64,000 bases of DNA, from positions 1,888,001 to 1,952,000 of the forward strand of contig OZ255726.1 of the NCBI GenBank assembly GCA_965277405.1. Direction: 5' to 3'. A program made the translations under genes and the position numbers. Below the pieces are notes generated by a model. The model worked only from the letters and a program-made list of their open reading frames with translations, searched no databases and was not told the DNA's origin. Below are positions 40,117 to 50,594 of this stretch, in pieces; position 1 is the stretch's first letter, and each line of letters opens with the position of its first letter. Source of the stretch: Gammaproteobacteria bacterium (GTDB taxonomy: Bacteria; Pseudomonadota; Gammaproteobacteria; G965277405).

Positions 40117-41380
40117 TATATTTAAAAAAAATCTAAGAATAATTTCAGGGTTTAATTCTTTTCCTGATAGTTGGAAACCTATCTCTGTCAAAACAGTTTT
40201 TGATATAGGAAGAGGAAGAATAATAAGCCAAGACGAAATAAATAATTATCCTGGGGTTTATCCAGTATACTCATCTCAAAGTTTTAATAATGGTGAAATG
40301 GGTAGGATAGATACTTATGATTTTAATAGAGAATTAATTACTTGGACTACTGATGGGGCAAATGCTGGAACTATATTTCATAGAAAGGGAAAATTTAATT
40401 GCACAAATGTTTGTGGAACTCTTGCCCCAAAAGGAGAATTTGATTTAAACTTATCATTTTTCAAATATCATTTAGAAAGAATAAGTAAAAAACATGTTTC
40501 CTATATCGGAAATCCAAAGCTTATGAATGATGTTATAGGTAGAATAGTCTTACCTGTGCCAAAAATTGAATCCCAACAAAAAATAGCAAAAATCCTAAAC
40601 ACCGTTGATGCTGTTATAGAAAAAACCGAGCAAGCCATTACCAAATACCAAGCCATTAAAAAAGGGATGACGCACGATTTATTTACTCGTGGCATAGATT
40701 TAAAAACAGGGCAATTAAGACCTAGTTATAAAGATGCACCAGAGTTGTATAAAAAAAGTACGTTGGGGATGATTCCGAAAGATTGGGAATACACCAAATT
40801 AGGAAGCAAAGGATCTTTCAGAAAGGGTAATAATATTCTAAAATATAATTTATCTAGCACTGGAAAGGGATGCATCCTTTACGGACAAATTTACACTCAT
40901 TACGACGATTTAGTTGAAACCTTTGATAGCAAAATACCAAAGGAACTTTCGATAGGAATGTCAGTTCTGAAAAAGGGAGATATTCTTTTTGCTGCCTCTG
41001 GTGAGACTCATGAGGATATAGGAAAATGTATTACTTATATAGGTAATGATGAAGTTTATCCAGGTGGAGATATAGTAATATTAAGTTTATTTAAAGAAAA
41101 CCAGCCTATTTTTTTCGGGTACTACTTAAATCACGAATCTATTCAAAAACAAAAAGCTAAACTTGGTCAAGGAAGTTCTGTAATTCATATTTACAAAGGT
41201 CATCTTGAAGCAATTGATATTTCAGTTCCTAAACCAAATGAGCAAAATAAAATATCTAAAAAGTTAATTCAGATTGATTTATTAATTAAGAATGAACAAA
41301 AAAACCTATCTAAACACCAAAACATAAAAAAAGGCTTAATGCAAGATTTATTAACAGCTAAAGTAGAAGTAACCGTTTAA
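40106..41380 (+). CDS. hsdS: Type I R-M specificity subunit
   Basis: Two TRDs separated by conserved PK...Q.KIAKIL...D..I and [10 protein letters not shown] helices; IPKDWE. Confidence 0.93.
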   Translation: MKGNIFKKNLRIISGFNSFPDSWKPISVKTVFDIGRGRIISQDEINNYPGVYPVYSSQSFNNGEMGRIDTYDFNRELITWTTDGANAGTIFHRKGKFNCTNVCGTLAPKGEFDLNLSFFKYHLERISKKHVSYIGNPKLMNDVIGRIVLPVPKIESQQKIAKILNTVDAVIEKTEQAITKYQAIKKGMTHDLFTRGIDLKTGQLRPSYKDAPELYKKSTLGMIPKDWEYTKLGSKGSFRKGNNILKYNLSSTGKGCILYGQIYTHYDDLVETFDSKIPKELSIGMSVLKKGDILFAASGETHEDIGKCITYIGNDEVYPGGDIVILSLFKENQPIFFGYYLNHESIQKQKAKLGQGSSVIHIYKGHLEAIDISVPKPNEQNKISKKLIQIDLLIKNEQKNLSKHQNIKKGLMQDLLTAKVEVTV

Positions 41381-41392
41381 GAAAGTAAGCTT

Positions 41393-42373
41393 ATGCAATC
41401 AGAAATTATTATTTACCAAACTGAAGACGGGCAAACCAAAATACAAACGCGTTTAGAAAACGAAACAGTATGGCTATCGCAACAGCAAATTAGTGCGCTT
41501 TTTCAACGTGAGCGTAGTGTTATTACCAAGCACATTAGCAACATCTTTAAAGAAGGCGAGCTGGAAGAAAAAAGCAATGTGCAAATTTTGCACATTAGTG
41601 GCTCAGACCGTCCTGTTAAGTTGTATAACTTAGATGTTGTTATTTCGGTTGGTTACCGAGTAAAATCTCATAGAGGTGTCCAGTTTCGCCAATGGGCAAC
41701 CGCACGAATAAAAGAATACATTGTCAAAGGCTTTACCATAAATGACGATTTGCTCAAAGAAGCAGGTGGTGGCAATTATTTTGATGAGTTACTGGAGCGT
41801 ATTAGAGACATACGCTCATCAGAAAAAGTATTCTGGCGTAAAGTATTAGATATTTATGCTACAAGTGTTGATTACAACCCTAAGGCACAAGTATCACAAA
41901 CTTTTTTTAAAACCATACAAAACAAAATGCATTGGGCTGCACACGGTAACACCGCAGCAGAGGTTATTTACCAGCGTGTAAACGCAAGCACAGATAAACT
42001 AGGCTTAACTAATTACAAAGGCGAAAAACCTACTAAAAAAGAAACAGAAGTTGCTAAAAACTATTTAAATAAAGAAGAGTTAAATATTCTTAATCGTATC
42101 GTCACTGCATATTTAGAAATGGCAGAATTACAAGCCCTAAACCGCAACCCAATGTATATGGAAGATTGGGTAACAAAACTAGACAATTTCTTAAAAATGA
42201 CAGGTAATAATGTGCTAGATAATGCAGGAAGCATCAGCCATAAAAAAGCCATAGAAAAAGCACATAATGAATACGAAAATTTTATGCTAAAAATCAAAGA
42301 CGGCTTAAGTAAAGTAGAAAATGATTTTATTCAGCAAATAGATGCTACTGCAAAGCTATTGAAGAAAAAATAA
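41393..42373 (+). CDS. rhuM: RhuM family protein
   Basis: IIIYQTEDG, ETVWLSQ, YNLDVVISVGYRVKSHRGVQFRQWAT, YFDELLERIRDIRSSEK, QNKMHWA, AKNYL. Confidence 0.9.
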   Translation: MQSEIIIYQTEDGQTKIQTRLENETVWLSQQQISALFQRERSVITKHISNIFKEGELEEKSNVQILHISGSDRPVKLYNLDVVISVGYRVKSHRGVQFRQWATARIKEYIVKGFTINDDLLKEAGGGNYFDELLERIRDIRSSEKVFWRKVLDIYATSVDYNPKAQVSQTFFKTIQNKMHWAAHGNTAAEVIYQRVNASTDKLGLTNYKGEKPTKKETEVAKNYLNKEELNILNRIVTAYLEMAELQALNRNPMYMEDWVTKLDNFLKMTGNNVLDNAGSISHKKAIEKAHNEYENFMLKIKDGLSKVENDFIQQIDATAKLLKKK

Positions 42374-42393
42374 TATAACCATCACAAATAATT

Positions 42394-45300
42394 ATGTCTG
42401 AATACAACTATGTAGAAAAACCATTTTTAGACCAATTGCAACAATTGGGATGGAGGTGTATAGACCAAGGTTTTGGAATTCCCAAAGACCCAACAACAAG
42501 CTTTCGTACATCGTTTAGAGAGGTTGTTTTAAAAGAACAGTTTTTTAAAAGCGTTAAGGCTATCAATACGGCTAATGGCAAAACATGGTTGACAAACCGC
42601 CAACTTAAAGATGTTTTTTCTGAACTTGTAGAACACCCTACAAAGAACTTATTAGAAGTGAATAAAATAATTTTTAAAATATTATTAAATGGTTCTAGTG
42701 TAGATAAAAACGAACTTACTGGGGAGGAATACCCAAAGGTTCAGTTTATAGATTTCAAAAATCCAGAGAATAATAGCTTTATCGCAATTAATCAATTTAG
42801 AATAGATACACCAGGAACACCAAAAGGTTTTATTATTCCTGATATTGTATTATTTATAAATGGGCTACCTCTTGTGGTTGTAGAATGTAAAGACCAAAAC
42901 GAATATACCGCTAATCCATTAACCGATGCCTACAAACAATTAAGACGTTATAGCAATCAGCGAATAGAAACTCAGGAGGCAGGTTTAAAAGAAGGTGAAG
43001 AACGCTTATTCCACTTCAATCAATTATGTATTGCTACTTGTGGTGAGGATGCTACATACGGAACAATCACTTCAACAGATCAATACTATTTAAACTGGAA
43101 AGATATTTATCCAGAAACTTTAAAAACATATAATCCACCCTTAGAAAAAGCACGTATACAAGAACAACTTATTCAAGCTGTGTTGTCTAAAGAAAATTTA
43201 CTCGATTTACTGCAAAACTTCACGCTTTTTATGGAAGTTGGAGAAGGGAAAGAAATAAAAATAGTAAGTCGTTATCAACAGTTTAGAGCTGTTCAAAAAA
43301 TAAAAGAGCGATTACTTAAAAAAGAAACACCAAAAGAACGTTCAGGTGTTATTTGGCATACACAAGGTTCAGGCAAATCACTAACAATGGTTTTTCTAAT
43401 TCGTAAAATCAGAAACGTTTCTGCTTTAAGCGATTATAAAATCATCATTATTAACGACAGAACAGACCTAGAAGACCAACTAGGAAATACTGTACGTTAT
43501 ACAGGTGAAAAAGTAGATTATGTCACAAACATTGGCGATTTAAAACCAAAGCTTTCTACAGAAAACTCGAACATTACCATGGTAATGCTACAAAAATTTC
43601 AAGAGCGAGATAATTCAAATGTACCAAACTACTTATTGAGTAAAGTCGCAGAGCTAATTCCAGAATATAAAAATTTTGGGACTGTAAATACATCAGATAG
43701 AATTTTAATTCTACAGGATGAAAGCCATAGAACGGTTAACTCAGACTTAGGAGATAATATGTTTGCAGCATTTCCTAATTCTACAAAGATTGCATTTACA
43801 GGCACACCTTTAATTACAAATAGGCATACAACAAAAACTGTAGACCGCTTTGGTGATTATATAGATAAATATAAATTACAAGATGCGGTTGATGATGGTG
43901 CAACGGTTCAAATTCTTTATGAAGGAAAAACAGCGGATACGGCTTTAAATGAAAAAGCAATATTCGATAAAAAATTTGAAGACCTTTTTAAAGAACGAAC
44001 CGAAGAAGAGCTTTTAGCTATTAAAAAGAAATACGGAACTTATGGCGACATTCTTGAAGCAGAAAAGCGAATTGAGTTAATTGCTAAAGATATGGTTGAA
44101 CATTATGTTACAAATATTCTTCCGAATTCATTTAAGGCACAGGTTGTTTGTTCTTCTAAAATTGCAGCTGTTAGGTATAAAAAATACATTGATATAGCTT
44201 TAAGAGAAATTATTAAGGAGACAGAGTTGGGTGATAATTATAAACCTGAACTTTTAGAGAAATTAAAATTTTTAAAATCAGCAGTTATTGTTTCTAGTGA
44301 TAATACCAATGAATTAGCCGAAATTACTCAAGCAATAAAGGATGCCAAGGCATTAAACGCGGTTGAAAATTTTAAAAAGAAAATAAATTATGACGAGCCA
44401 AATACAGGAATAGTCTTTATAGTGGTTTGCGATATGTTATTAACTGGTTTTGATGCGCCAATTGAACAAATAATGTACTTAGATAAAAAAATTAAAGAGC
44501 ATACTCTTTTACAAGCCATTGCCCGAGTAAACAGGGTTTACCCAAATAAAAACAGAGGGTATATTGTAGATTATATTGGATTAGCCAATAACCTAAGGGA
44601 TGCCTTGTCTATTTACGGGGGTGACGCTTTTGATGAGGTAATGCAGGGTGTGAAGGATATTGAAACTGAAGTTCCGATTCTTGAAAGTAGGTATAGGCGG
44701 TTACTACAATTATTTAAAGACAATAAGCTGATGTACTTTGAAGAGTTTCTCAATCAAAAAATCAAAGATAAGCTAGAGGAATATAACGTTTTAGAGACTG
44801 CTATTTATTTAATGGAGGATATAAAACTAAGAGCAAACTTTACAATTTTTCTGCAAGCATTTCAAGAAAGTATGGATGTGATACTGCCTAATGAAGCCGC
44901 TACACCCTATAAAATTCCTGCAAAGCGATTTGGCTATCTCTTAATCAAAATTAAAGAACGTTATAAAGATGATACTCTAGATATTTCTGGGGCAGGAAAT
45001 AAGATTAAAAAATTAGTAAATGAACATTTAATTAGTTTAGGAATCAATCCAAAAATTCCCCCAACAGAACTCTTTTCTTCAAATTTTATTAAAGAATTAG
45101 AGAAAAATAAAACAGCCAAGTCACAGGCAAGCGAGATGGAGCATGCCACTCGTAAACACATCAAGGTAAACCTTGCTGATGATCCTGTATTCTATAAAAC
45201 AATGAGTGAAAAATTGGATTCTATTATTAAAGCACATTGGGAAGATTGGGACGCTATTTGTGAAGGCTTAATTGAATTAAGAGCAGATTTAAAAGCAGGG

Positions 45301-45648
45301 CGAAAAGAAGGCTCCATAGCAGGTATTTCCGTTGAAGAAGCACCGTTCTATGCCCTAATAATTGACATTGCCTATGGCAAAGAAGCTACTGATGAAGTAA
45401 TTCATCAGCTAAAACCAGTAACAACGCAGATTCTTCAGCTAATTAAAGAAGAAATTAAGATTACACGATTTTGGAAAAAACAAAATGAAGTTGAAAATTT
45501 GAGAGGGGAGATAAAAGATATTATTTTTCACATTGCAGGTAAATTAAAATTAAAGCCAGTAATAGACAAGACAGACAAAATTATTTCTGAAATTCTAGCA
45601 TTAGCAAAAAAAAGACATCTTAATTTATTAAATGAAGACAACATATAA
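42394..45648 (+). CDS. hsdR: Type I R-M restriction endonuclease subunit
   Basis: PDIVLFINGLPLVVVECK, GVIWHTQGSGKSLTM, DESHR, FTGTP, MLLTGFDAP, LLQAIARVNR. Confidence 0.96.
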   Translation: MSEYNYVEKPFLDQLQQLGWRCIDQGFGIPKDPTTSFRTSFREVVLKEQFFKSVKAINTANGKTWLTNRQLKDVFSELVEHPTKNLLEVNKIIFKILLNGSSVDKNELTGEEYPKVQFIDFKNPENNSFIAINQFRIDTPGTPKGFIIPDIVLFINGLPLVVVECKDQNEYTANPLTDAYKQLRRYSNQRIETQEAGLKEGEERLFHFNQLCIATCGEDATYGTITSTDQYYLNWKDIYPETLKTYNPPLEKARIQEQLIQAVLSKENLLDLLQNFTLFMEVGEGKEIKIVSRYQQFRAVQKIKERLLKKETPKERSGVIWHTQGSGKSLTMVFLIRKIRNVSALSDYKIIIINDRTDLEDQLGNTVRYTGEKVDYVTNIGDLKPKLSTENSNITMVMLQKFQERDNSNVPNYLLSKVAELIPEYKNFGTVNTSDRILILQDESHRTVNSDLGDNMFAAFPNSTKIAFTGTPLITNRHTTKTVDRFGDYIDKYKLQDAVDDGATVQILYEGKTADTALNEKAIFDKKFEDLFKERTEEELLAIKKKYGTYGDILEAEKRIELIAKDMVEHYVTNILPNSFKAQVVCSSKIAAVRYKKYIDIALREIIKETELGDNYKPELLEKLKFLKSAVIVSSDNTNELAEITQAIKDAKALNAVENFKKKINYDEPNTGIVFIVVCDMLLTGFDAPIEQIMYLDKKIKEHTLLQAIARVNRVYPNKNRGYIVDYIGLANNLRDALSIYGGDAFDEVMQGVKDIETEVPILESRYRRLLQLFKDNKLMYFEEFLNQKIKDKLEEYNVLETAIYLMEDIKLRANFTIFLQAFQESMDVILPNEAATPYKIPAKRFGYLLIKIKERYKDDTLDISGAGNKIKKLVNEHLISLGINPKIPPTELFSSNFIKELEKNKTAKSQASEMEHATRKHIKVNLADDPVFYKTMSEKLDSIIKAHWEDWDAICEGLIELRADLKAGRKEGSIAGISVEEAPFYALIIDIAYGKEATDEVIHQLKPVTTQILQLIKEEIKITRFWKKQNEVENLRGEIKDIIFHIAGKLKLKPVIDKTDKIISEILALAKKRHLNLLNEDNI

Positions 45649-46324
45649 ATACAAAGACATAGAATACGCTCTTAAACAGAGTAACAGAAAAACTTCCAGT
45701 ATTTACATAGAACGTGATGGAAGTATTTCTGTGTTAGTGTCTAAGCAATTATCGCATGCAGAGATTGAAAATATTATAGAAAAGAAGCGGTATAAAATTT
45801 ATAGTCATCTTGCTGAATGGGAAGATGCCAATACAAGCAAAGTGTATAGAGAATTTGTAAGCGGTGAAGGGTTTTATTATTTAGGAAGAACGTATAAACT
45901 AGAAATTGTAGAAGACCAAAACACACCTTTAAAGCTTAAAAACGGATATTTCCTATTGAGGAAAAAAGATTTGCCAAAAGCAAAAGAGCATTTTATACAT
46001 TTCTACAAAGAAAAAGGGGAAAGCAAAATAAATGAACGTGTAAGTTATTGGGAAAAACTGCTTAATGTAGAACCAAATGACGTTAAGATAATGGAGTTGC
46101 AAAACAGATGGGGCTCTTGCTCAGAGAAAAAAAACGTCAATTTTCATTGGAAATCTATAATGACACCTCTAACAATAATAGATTATATAATTGCTCATGA
46201 ATTAACGCATTTAATTCATCCAAATCACTCGGAAGCCTTTTGGTTAGAGCTTGATAAAGTGATGCCAGATTACCGCGAACGTAAATCATGGCTTAAAATA
46301 CACGGAGCAGGAATGGATTTGTAA
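45632..46324 (+). CDS. M48/YgjP-like (DUF45) zinc metallopeptidase
   Basis: RWGSCS, IDYIIAHELTHL...HS..FW; typical partner downstream of hsdR. Confidence 0.88.
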   Translation: MKTTYKYKDIEYALKQSNRKTSSIYIERDGSISVLVSKQLSHAEIENIIEKKRYKIYSHLAEWEDANTSKVYREFVSGEGFYYLGRTYKLEIVEDQNTPLKLKNGYFLLRKKDLPKAKEHFIHFYKEKGESKINERVSYWEKLLNVEPNDVKIMELQNRWGSCSEKKNVNFHWKSIMTPLTIIDYIIAHELTHLIHPNHSEAFWLELDKVMPDYRERKSWLKIHGAGMDL

Positions 46325-46647
46325 AAAACCAAGAATTAGTTTTAATAATAGTACAACCTTTAGCCACCCCCGTTAGCAGGAGCATCCTGCTCGTGACAGT
46401 ATGAGTAAGGAGAAAAAAAAGAGTAATAGCTCATGTGCAATTTGCAGGTGTGCCTGATCGTGGTGAGCCTGATGTAGGTGAAGTCGACTATACGTGGCTA
46501 CTCCAGCAAATTGCCAACTGGTTTCAACCAACCTTTTGGTGCAGAATATAGACCGCGCAGTACCACCGATGCTGGGCTTGGTTGGATGCATCAGTTGAGC
46601 CAACTTTGAGCGTTGAATTTGCCTGGACTATTATAGATAATTGTTGG

Positions 46648-47859
46648 TTATGACGCGAGTAGCCCCATCTCGTTGCGGACTATTTTCATGGTTTCTTCGC
46701 TGAACTGTTGCGCACGTTGCCTGCCTTTTGCTAGCAGTTTATCAAGCTCTGCACGGTCATTTTGATACACTTTTGCGCGCTCAAGAATCGGCTGCATTGT
46801 CGTGGCAATGTTTGCTGTTAGCACCTTCTTGCAAGCCATACACCCAGTCTTTGCTTGGGTGCAGTTTTCAAATAGTCGTGGTTGATCCGCATGGGGGGTA
46901 TGGAGGACGTGGTATGACCAAACTGGGCATTTATTCGGGTCTCCAACGTCCACCAAGCGCACGCGAGCTGGGTCAGTTGGCATCATTTTTATAGTGCGTG
47001 CAATCGAGTCTGCACTGGCGCGTAGGGCAATAGTATTATTATACGATTTAGACATTTTCTGCCCGTCTGTACCGATCATTTTTGGCGTCGGTGACAGCAA
47101 ATGGGTTGGTTCTGTGAGTATCTGTTTACCACTATCACGCAGATACGCATGCAGCGCAGCTGTTTGATCTGCAGCAAGGCGTTGTTGTGCACTGTACTGC
47201 TCGATTAGCGCTAAAGCGTCGGCTAACGCTTGCTGCTTGCCTAATTCTAGCCATGCTTTTCGCAATGTTTGCAGCTGCTGCTTGGTCTGAGTGGCTACAG
47301 TGTCTACAACCTGTTGTTTATACGTATCGTATGCTGGTGTTTTACCAAAAATGTCGTTAAAACGCCGTGCAATTTCACGTGCCATTTCTATATGGGGTAT
47401 TTGGTCTTCACCCACAGGAACTTTATGGGCACGATACAATAAAATATCCGCAGTTTGCAAGAGTGGATAGCCGAGAAAACCATAGGTGCCAAGGTCTCTA
47501 TCGCTGAGTTTTTGTATCTGCTCTTTATAGGTTGGCACGCGTTCCAGCCAACTAAGTGGTGTCGACATCGACAGCAGTAAATGGAGTTCTGCGTGAGCTG
47601 GTACGTGCGACTGGATGAATATGGTGGCTTGCTGTGGATCAAGGCCTGCTGCCAACCAGTCAATCAATACTTCATAACAATACTCTTGAATTTCGGCAGT
47701 ATTTTGATAATGGGTAGTGAGTGCATGCCAATCGACAATCGAGTAGAAGCAGTCATATGTGTTTTGCAAAGCAATCCAGTTTTTGAGCACCCCATGGTAG
47801 TGACCTAAATGCAGTGCTCCAGTAGGGCGCATTGCAGAAAACACACGTTGTTTACTCAT
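46648..47859 (-). CDS. trpS: Tryptophan--tRNA ligase
   Basis: RPTGALHLGHY, GFLGYPLLQTADILLY, VPVGEDQ.PH.E, KMSKSY. Confidence 0.96.
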   Translation of the reverse strand: MSKQRVFSAMRPTGALHLGHYHGVLKNWIALQNTYDCFYSIVDWHALTTHYQNTAEIQEYCYEVLIDWLAAGLDPQQATIFIQSHVPAHAELHLLLSMSTPLSWLERVPTYKEQIQKLSDRDLGTYGFLGYPLLQTADILLYRAHKVPVGEDQIPHIEMAREIARRFNDIFGKTPAYDTYKQQVVDTVATQTKQQLQTLRKAWLELGKQQALADALALIEQYSAQQRLAADQTAALHAYLRDSGKQILTEPTHLLSPTPKMIGTDGQKMSKSYNNTIALRASADSIARTIKMMPTDPARVRLVDVGDPNKCPVWSYHVLHTPHADQPRLFENCTQAKTGCMACKKVLTANIATTMQPILERAKVYQNDRAELDKLLAKGRQRAQQFSEETMKIVRNEMGLLAS

Positions 47860-48012
47860 ATATGGTGATATTGAAAAATAAAAAAAACGCGATTGTTTGT
47901 ATAAATTGGCAAAGCGAATACCCTACAATGTGTTCCGTAGTTTTTTTTACAACATTAGCTAAACACTAGCTGTTTTTTACTCGAATATAATTATGCGACC
48001 AGTAGGTTTTTT

Positions 48013-48222
48013 ATGGACTCAATAGCGCGTTTTGTCGGTTTTACCATTCTCATCGTTCTTGGGTTAGGTATATTAGCATTGGCATTGTTGTTGCTGCCGA
48101 TTACTGCAATATTATTGTTTTATTGGCGACATCGCTGGCTTGTTAAGGTGATGCAATACAAAAAAGCGCATACAAACAAACAAGAGAACAATAAAATAAT
48201 TATTGAACATGAACAACTGTGA
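48013..48222 (+). CDS. Small membrane protein, hypothetical
   Basis: Long hydrophobic N-terminus, basic tail ending IIIEHE; overlaps the next start. Confidence 0.55.
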   Translation: MDSIARFVGFTILIVLGLGILALALLLLPITAILLFYWRHRWLVKVMQYKKAHTNKQENNKIIIEHEQL

Positions 48223-50594
48223 TAGATGGAATACGCATGGGATTGGCAGTAGTTGCGATAACAATGTTGTTGCCAGGCTATGCACAAGCGCAGTTATATT
48301 CTACCGCGATAGCTGCGAATAAGCACGCTGTAGTGATTGAGTTATCATCACCACAGCGCTTACAACAAGATTCACTACAACAGCGGTACTTGCAACAAGA
48401 GTTGCTGCAACTACGTCAAACGGTCAATACCGCCCAGACTGATTACGCGATAGCGCGGATTGCTGCCAAGCATGCCTGCAGCGTTGAGTCGCCACAACAA
48501 AGCGACAGCGATAATCACAGCGATAATCACAGCGATAATCACAGCGACATTGAAAGTAACAATGCGCTAGTAACATTCAACCAGTCACTTTTCCTTGGAG
48601 TAGGCAGACTCCTGCAACAGGAGTTGCTGCCATACCCTCTGCTGCAACCAGTCAAGTCAGAAGTGTTTTTATCAGCGAGCGCATTTCAACTTGACGATCC
48701 AGGGTATCAGTATCAGTATTTTTTGCAGGATAATGCCCCCCCTGCGTATAGGTTTGGCAATACCAAGGTAACGCAGTCATGGGAATATCTACAACAGCAT
48801 ATTTTTCATACCATGGGCGCTGCGGCGCCGTTTTCAGACGAACGTACGCTCATTGCGGTTATCGATAGTGGAATACTGAGAAACAATGCTGATTTTAGTG
48901 ATGCTGCGCGGATATTACCTGGCAAAGACTTTATAACGCTCAGCAGTCGCGCCTTAGATGGTGACGGTCGAGACTCAAACCCGAACGATGAATGTGCAAC
49001 GTCACACGGTACGGTAGTTGCTGGGATAATTGGCAGCGAAAAAAACAATGGAGCGGGCATTGTTGGCATTGCACCAAATAGTAAGATATTGCCACTGCGT
49101 GCGGTTGCTGTTGATGGCACGAGCGTTATTTCTGACTTTATTGCAGCACTAGAATATGCCAATACCAGTGCAGCAACGATAACCAATGTAAGTTTGGCTC
49201 AGGCGTTGCCATGTACGGATTTAATTAATACCGCGCTTGCTCATGCTGCTGATAATTTTATTGTGTGGGCTGCTGGCAATGATTTTTTTGAAATCAGTGA
49301 GATAATACCAGGCAGCTGTGCGGGCGATCATTTTGTCGTTGGCGCCAGTGATCCATTTGGCACACTCACGTATTACTCTAATTTTGGCAGAAGGCTTGAT
49401 ATTTTAGCTCCAGGAGGTGTGCGCTATCTTAAAAAAAATAGTGGATTGACCCAGTCATTAACGGTGCTATCCAACTTGAGTAAATATATGTTGGGGTATA
49501 TGCAAGGAACCAGCGTGGCGGCACCGCATGTGGCAGGGGTTGCTGCACTGGTCGACGCCGTGTATTTAAATAAACATAACCGTCCAGCAACCCCTGCAGA
49601 ACTCCGTGGGATTTTGCAGGCAACCAGTGGCGAATTTAACCAAGATGCAGTCGGGCTGCGTTGTACAACAGAATATTGTGGCAGTGGTCTTCTGAATGCA
49701 GTAGACGCCGTTAAGCATGCGAATAGTTACGACATTATTGCATATTTTCCGATCACTGAACTGCACGAACAACCAGGGGCAACAACCCAGTTTGCAGTGG
49801 CATTGTCTAAGCCTGCTCGTGCAGCGCTAACGATTACACTCCGCAAGAATGGATACAGACATACTACGGTTCATTTTGCAACGGGCGAGAGCCGCAAAGT
49901 GGTGAGTGTAGCTGTTGGGCGCAGCAACGCTAGCTACACGATGGCGGCGAACTCATTCTATATAACAGCTGGAAGTCGGTTACAATCATTGACTATATAT
50001 CCTGTAACAGCTGCAACTCTTGTTAATAAGTCGATTGAGCTGTCTGATCCTGTCCATTTTGGTTTGCTTGCTCCAAGTCAGACCCATAGTTACTTACTCG
50101 ACATTGCTAAGTCAAATACCCGGGTTACAATTGCCACTATTGGTGATGAGCTGAATGTTGAGTTAAAGGTAGAACTGCTTGGTTACATACAAAATACCGT
50201 GGTTTTTTCAAGCGACATTACAGACCCACAAGATAAGCTAACAGGGAATCAAAATTATGTTTGGTGGAAAGAATTTGATCGATCAAATAGTCGTGACTCC
50301 AATACTGACAACCAACCGATTTACGACACATATCGCCCAGGAAAATATCGCATTAGTGTCCGTTCAAACAGCGGCGCAGCAGGCGTGTATGGTTTGGCCG
50401 TGAATCATATTGCCCCAGTTGCTGGGCTTGAGAACCTTGCAGAAAATTATCAAGTCACCAACTATAGTGTGTGTGCTGTGGGACCACAAGACGCGCACTT
50501 AAAAACAATCAAGTTATTGGCATTGCCATGGTGGGCTGTGTTGGGGTTATTCTGTTTTGGTATTCGGCTGCGTCAGTATGGTAGGTATTTGTAA
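48219..50594 (+). CDS. Secreted S8 (subtilase) serine protease with C-terminal membrane anchor
   Basis: Triad motifs IAVIDSG, HGTVVAG, GTSVAAPHVAG; oxyanion AAGN; signal peptide; hydrophobic-plus-basic C-tail. Confidence 0.9.
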   Translation: MIDGIRMGLAVVAITMLLPGYAQAQLYSTAIAANKHAVVIELSSPQRLQQDSLQQRYLQQELLQLRQTVNTAQTDYAIARIAAKHACSVESPQQSDSDNHSDNHSDNHSDIESNNALVTFNQSLFLGVGRLLQQELLPYPLLQPVKSEVFLSASAFQLDDPGYQYQYFLQDNAPPAYRFGNTKVTQSWEYLQQHIFHTMGAAAPFSDERTLIAVIDSGILRNNADFSDAARILPGKDFITLSSRALDGDGRDSNPNDECATSHGTVVAGIIGSEKNNGAGIVGIAPNSKILPLRAVAVDGTSVISDFIAALEYANTSAATITNVSLAQALPCTDLINTALAHAADNFIVWAAGNDFFEISEIIPGSCAGDHFVVGASDPFGTLTYYSNFGRRLDILAPGGVRYLKKNSGLTQSLTVLSNLSKYMLGYMQGTSVAAPHVAGVAALVDAVYLNKHNRPATPAELRGILQATSGEFNQDAVGLRCTTEYCGSGLLNAVDAVKHANSYDIIAYFPITELHEQPGATTQFAVALSKPARAALTITLRKNGYRHTTVHFATGESRKVVSVAVGRSNASYTMAANSFYITAGSRLQSLTIYPVTAATLVNKSIELSDPVHFGLLAPSQTHSYLLDIAKSNTRVTIATIGDELNVELKVELLGYIQNTVVFSSDITDPQDKLTGNQNYVWWKEFDRSNSRDSNTDNQPIYDTYRPGKYRISVRSNSGAAGVYGLAVNHIAPVAGLENLAENYQVTNYSVCAVGPQDAHLKTIKLLALPWWAVLGLFCFGIRLRQYGRYL
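48505..48547. repeat. 12-bp tandem repeat (ACAGCGATAATC) x~3.5
   Basis: Encodes (SDNH)n in the protease pro-region. Confidence 0.9.

Noticed and set aside
46373-46603. ORF or tRNA/att site at the right edge of the R-M island
   Set aside because: No recognisable protein motif, cloverleaf or direct repeat matching the left edge.
47100-47340. Insertion in TrpRS as a novelty
   Set aside because: A ~400-aa TrpRS with a helical insertion before KMSKS is a known form in beta- and gammaproteobacteria.
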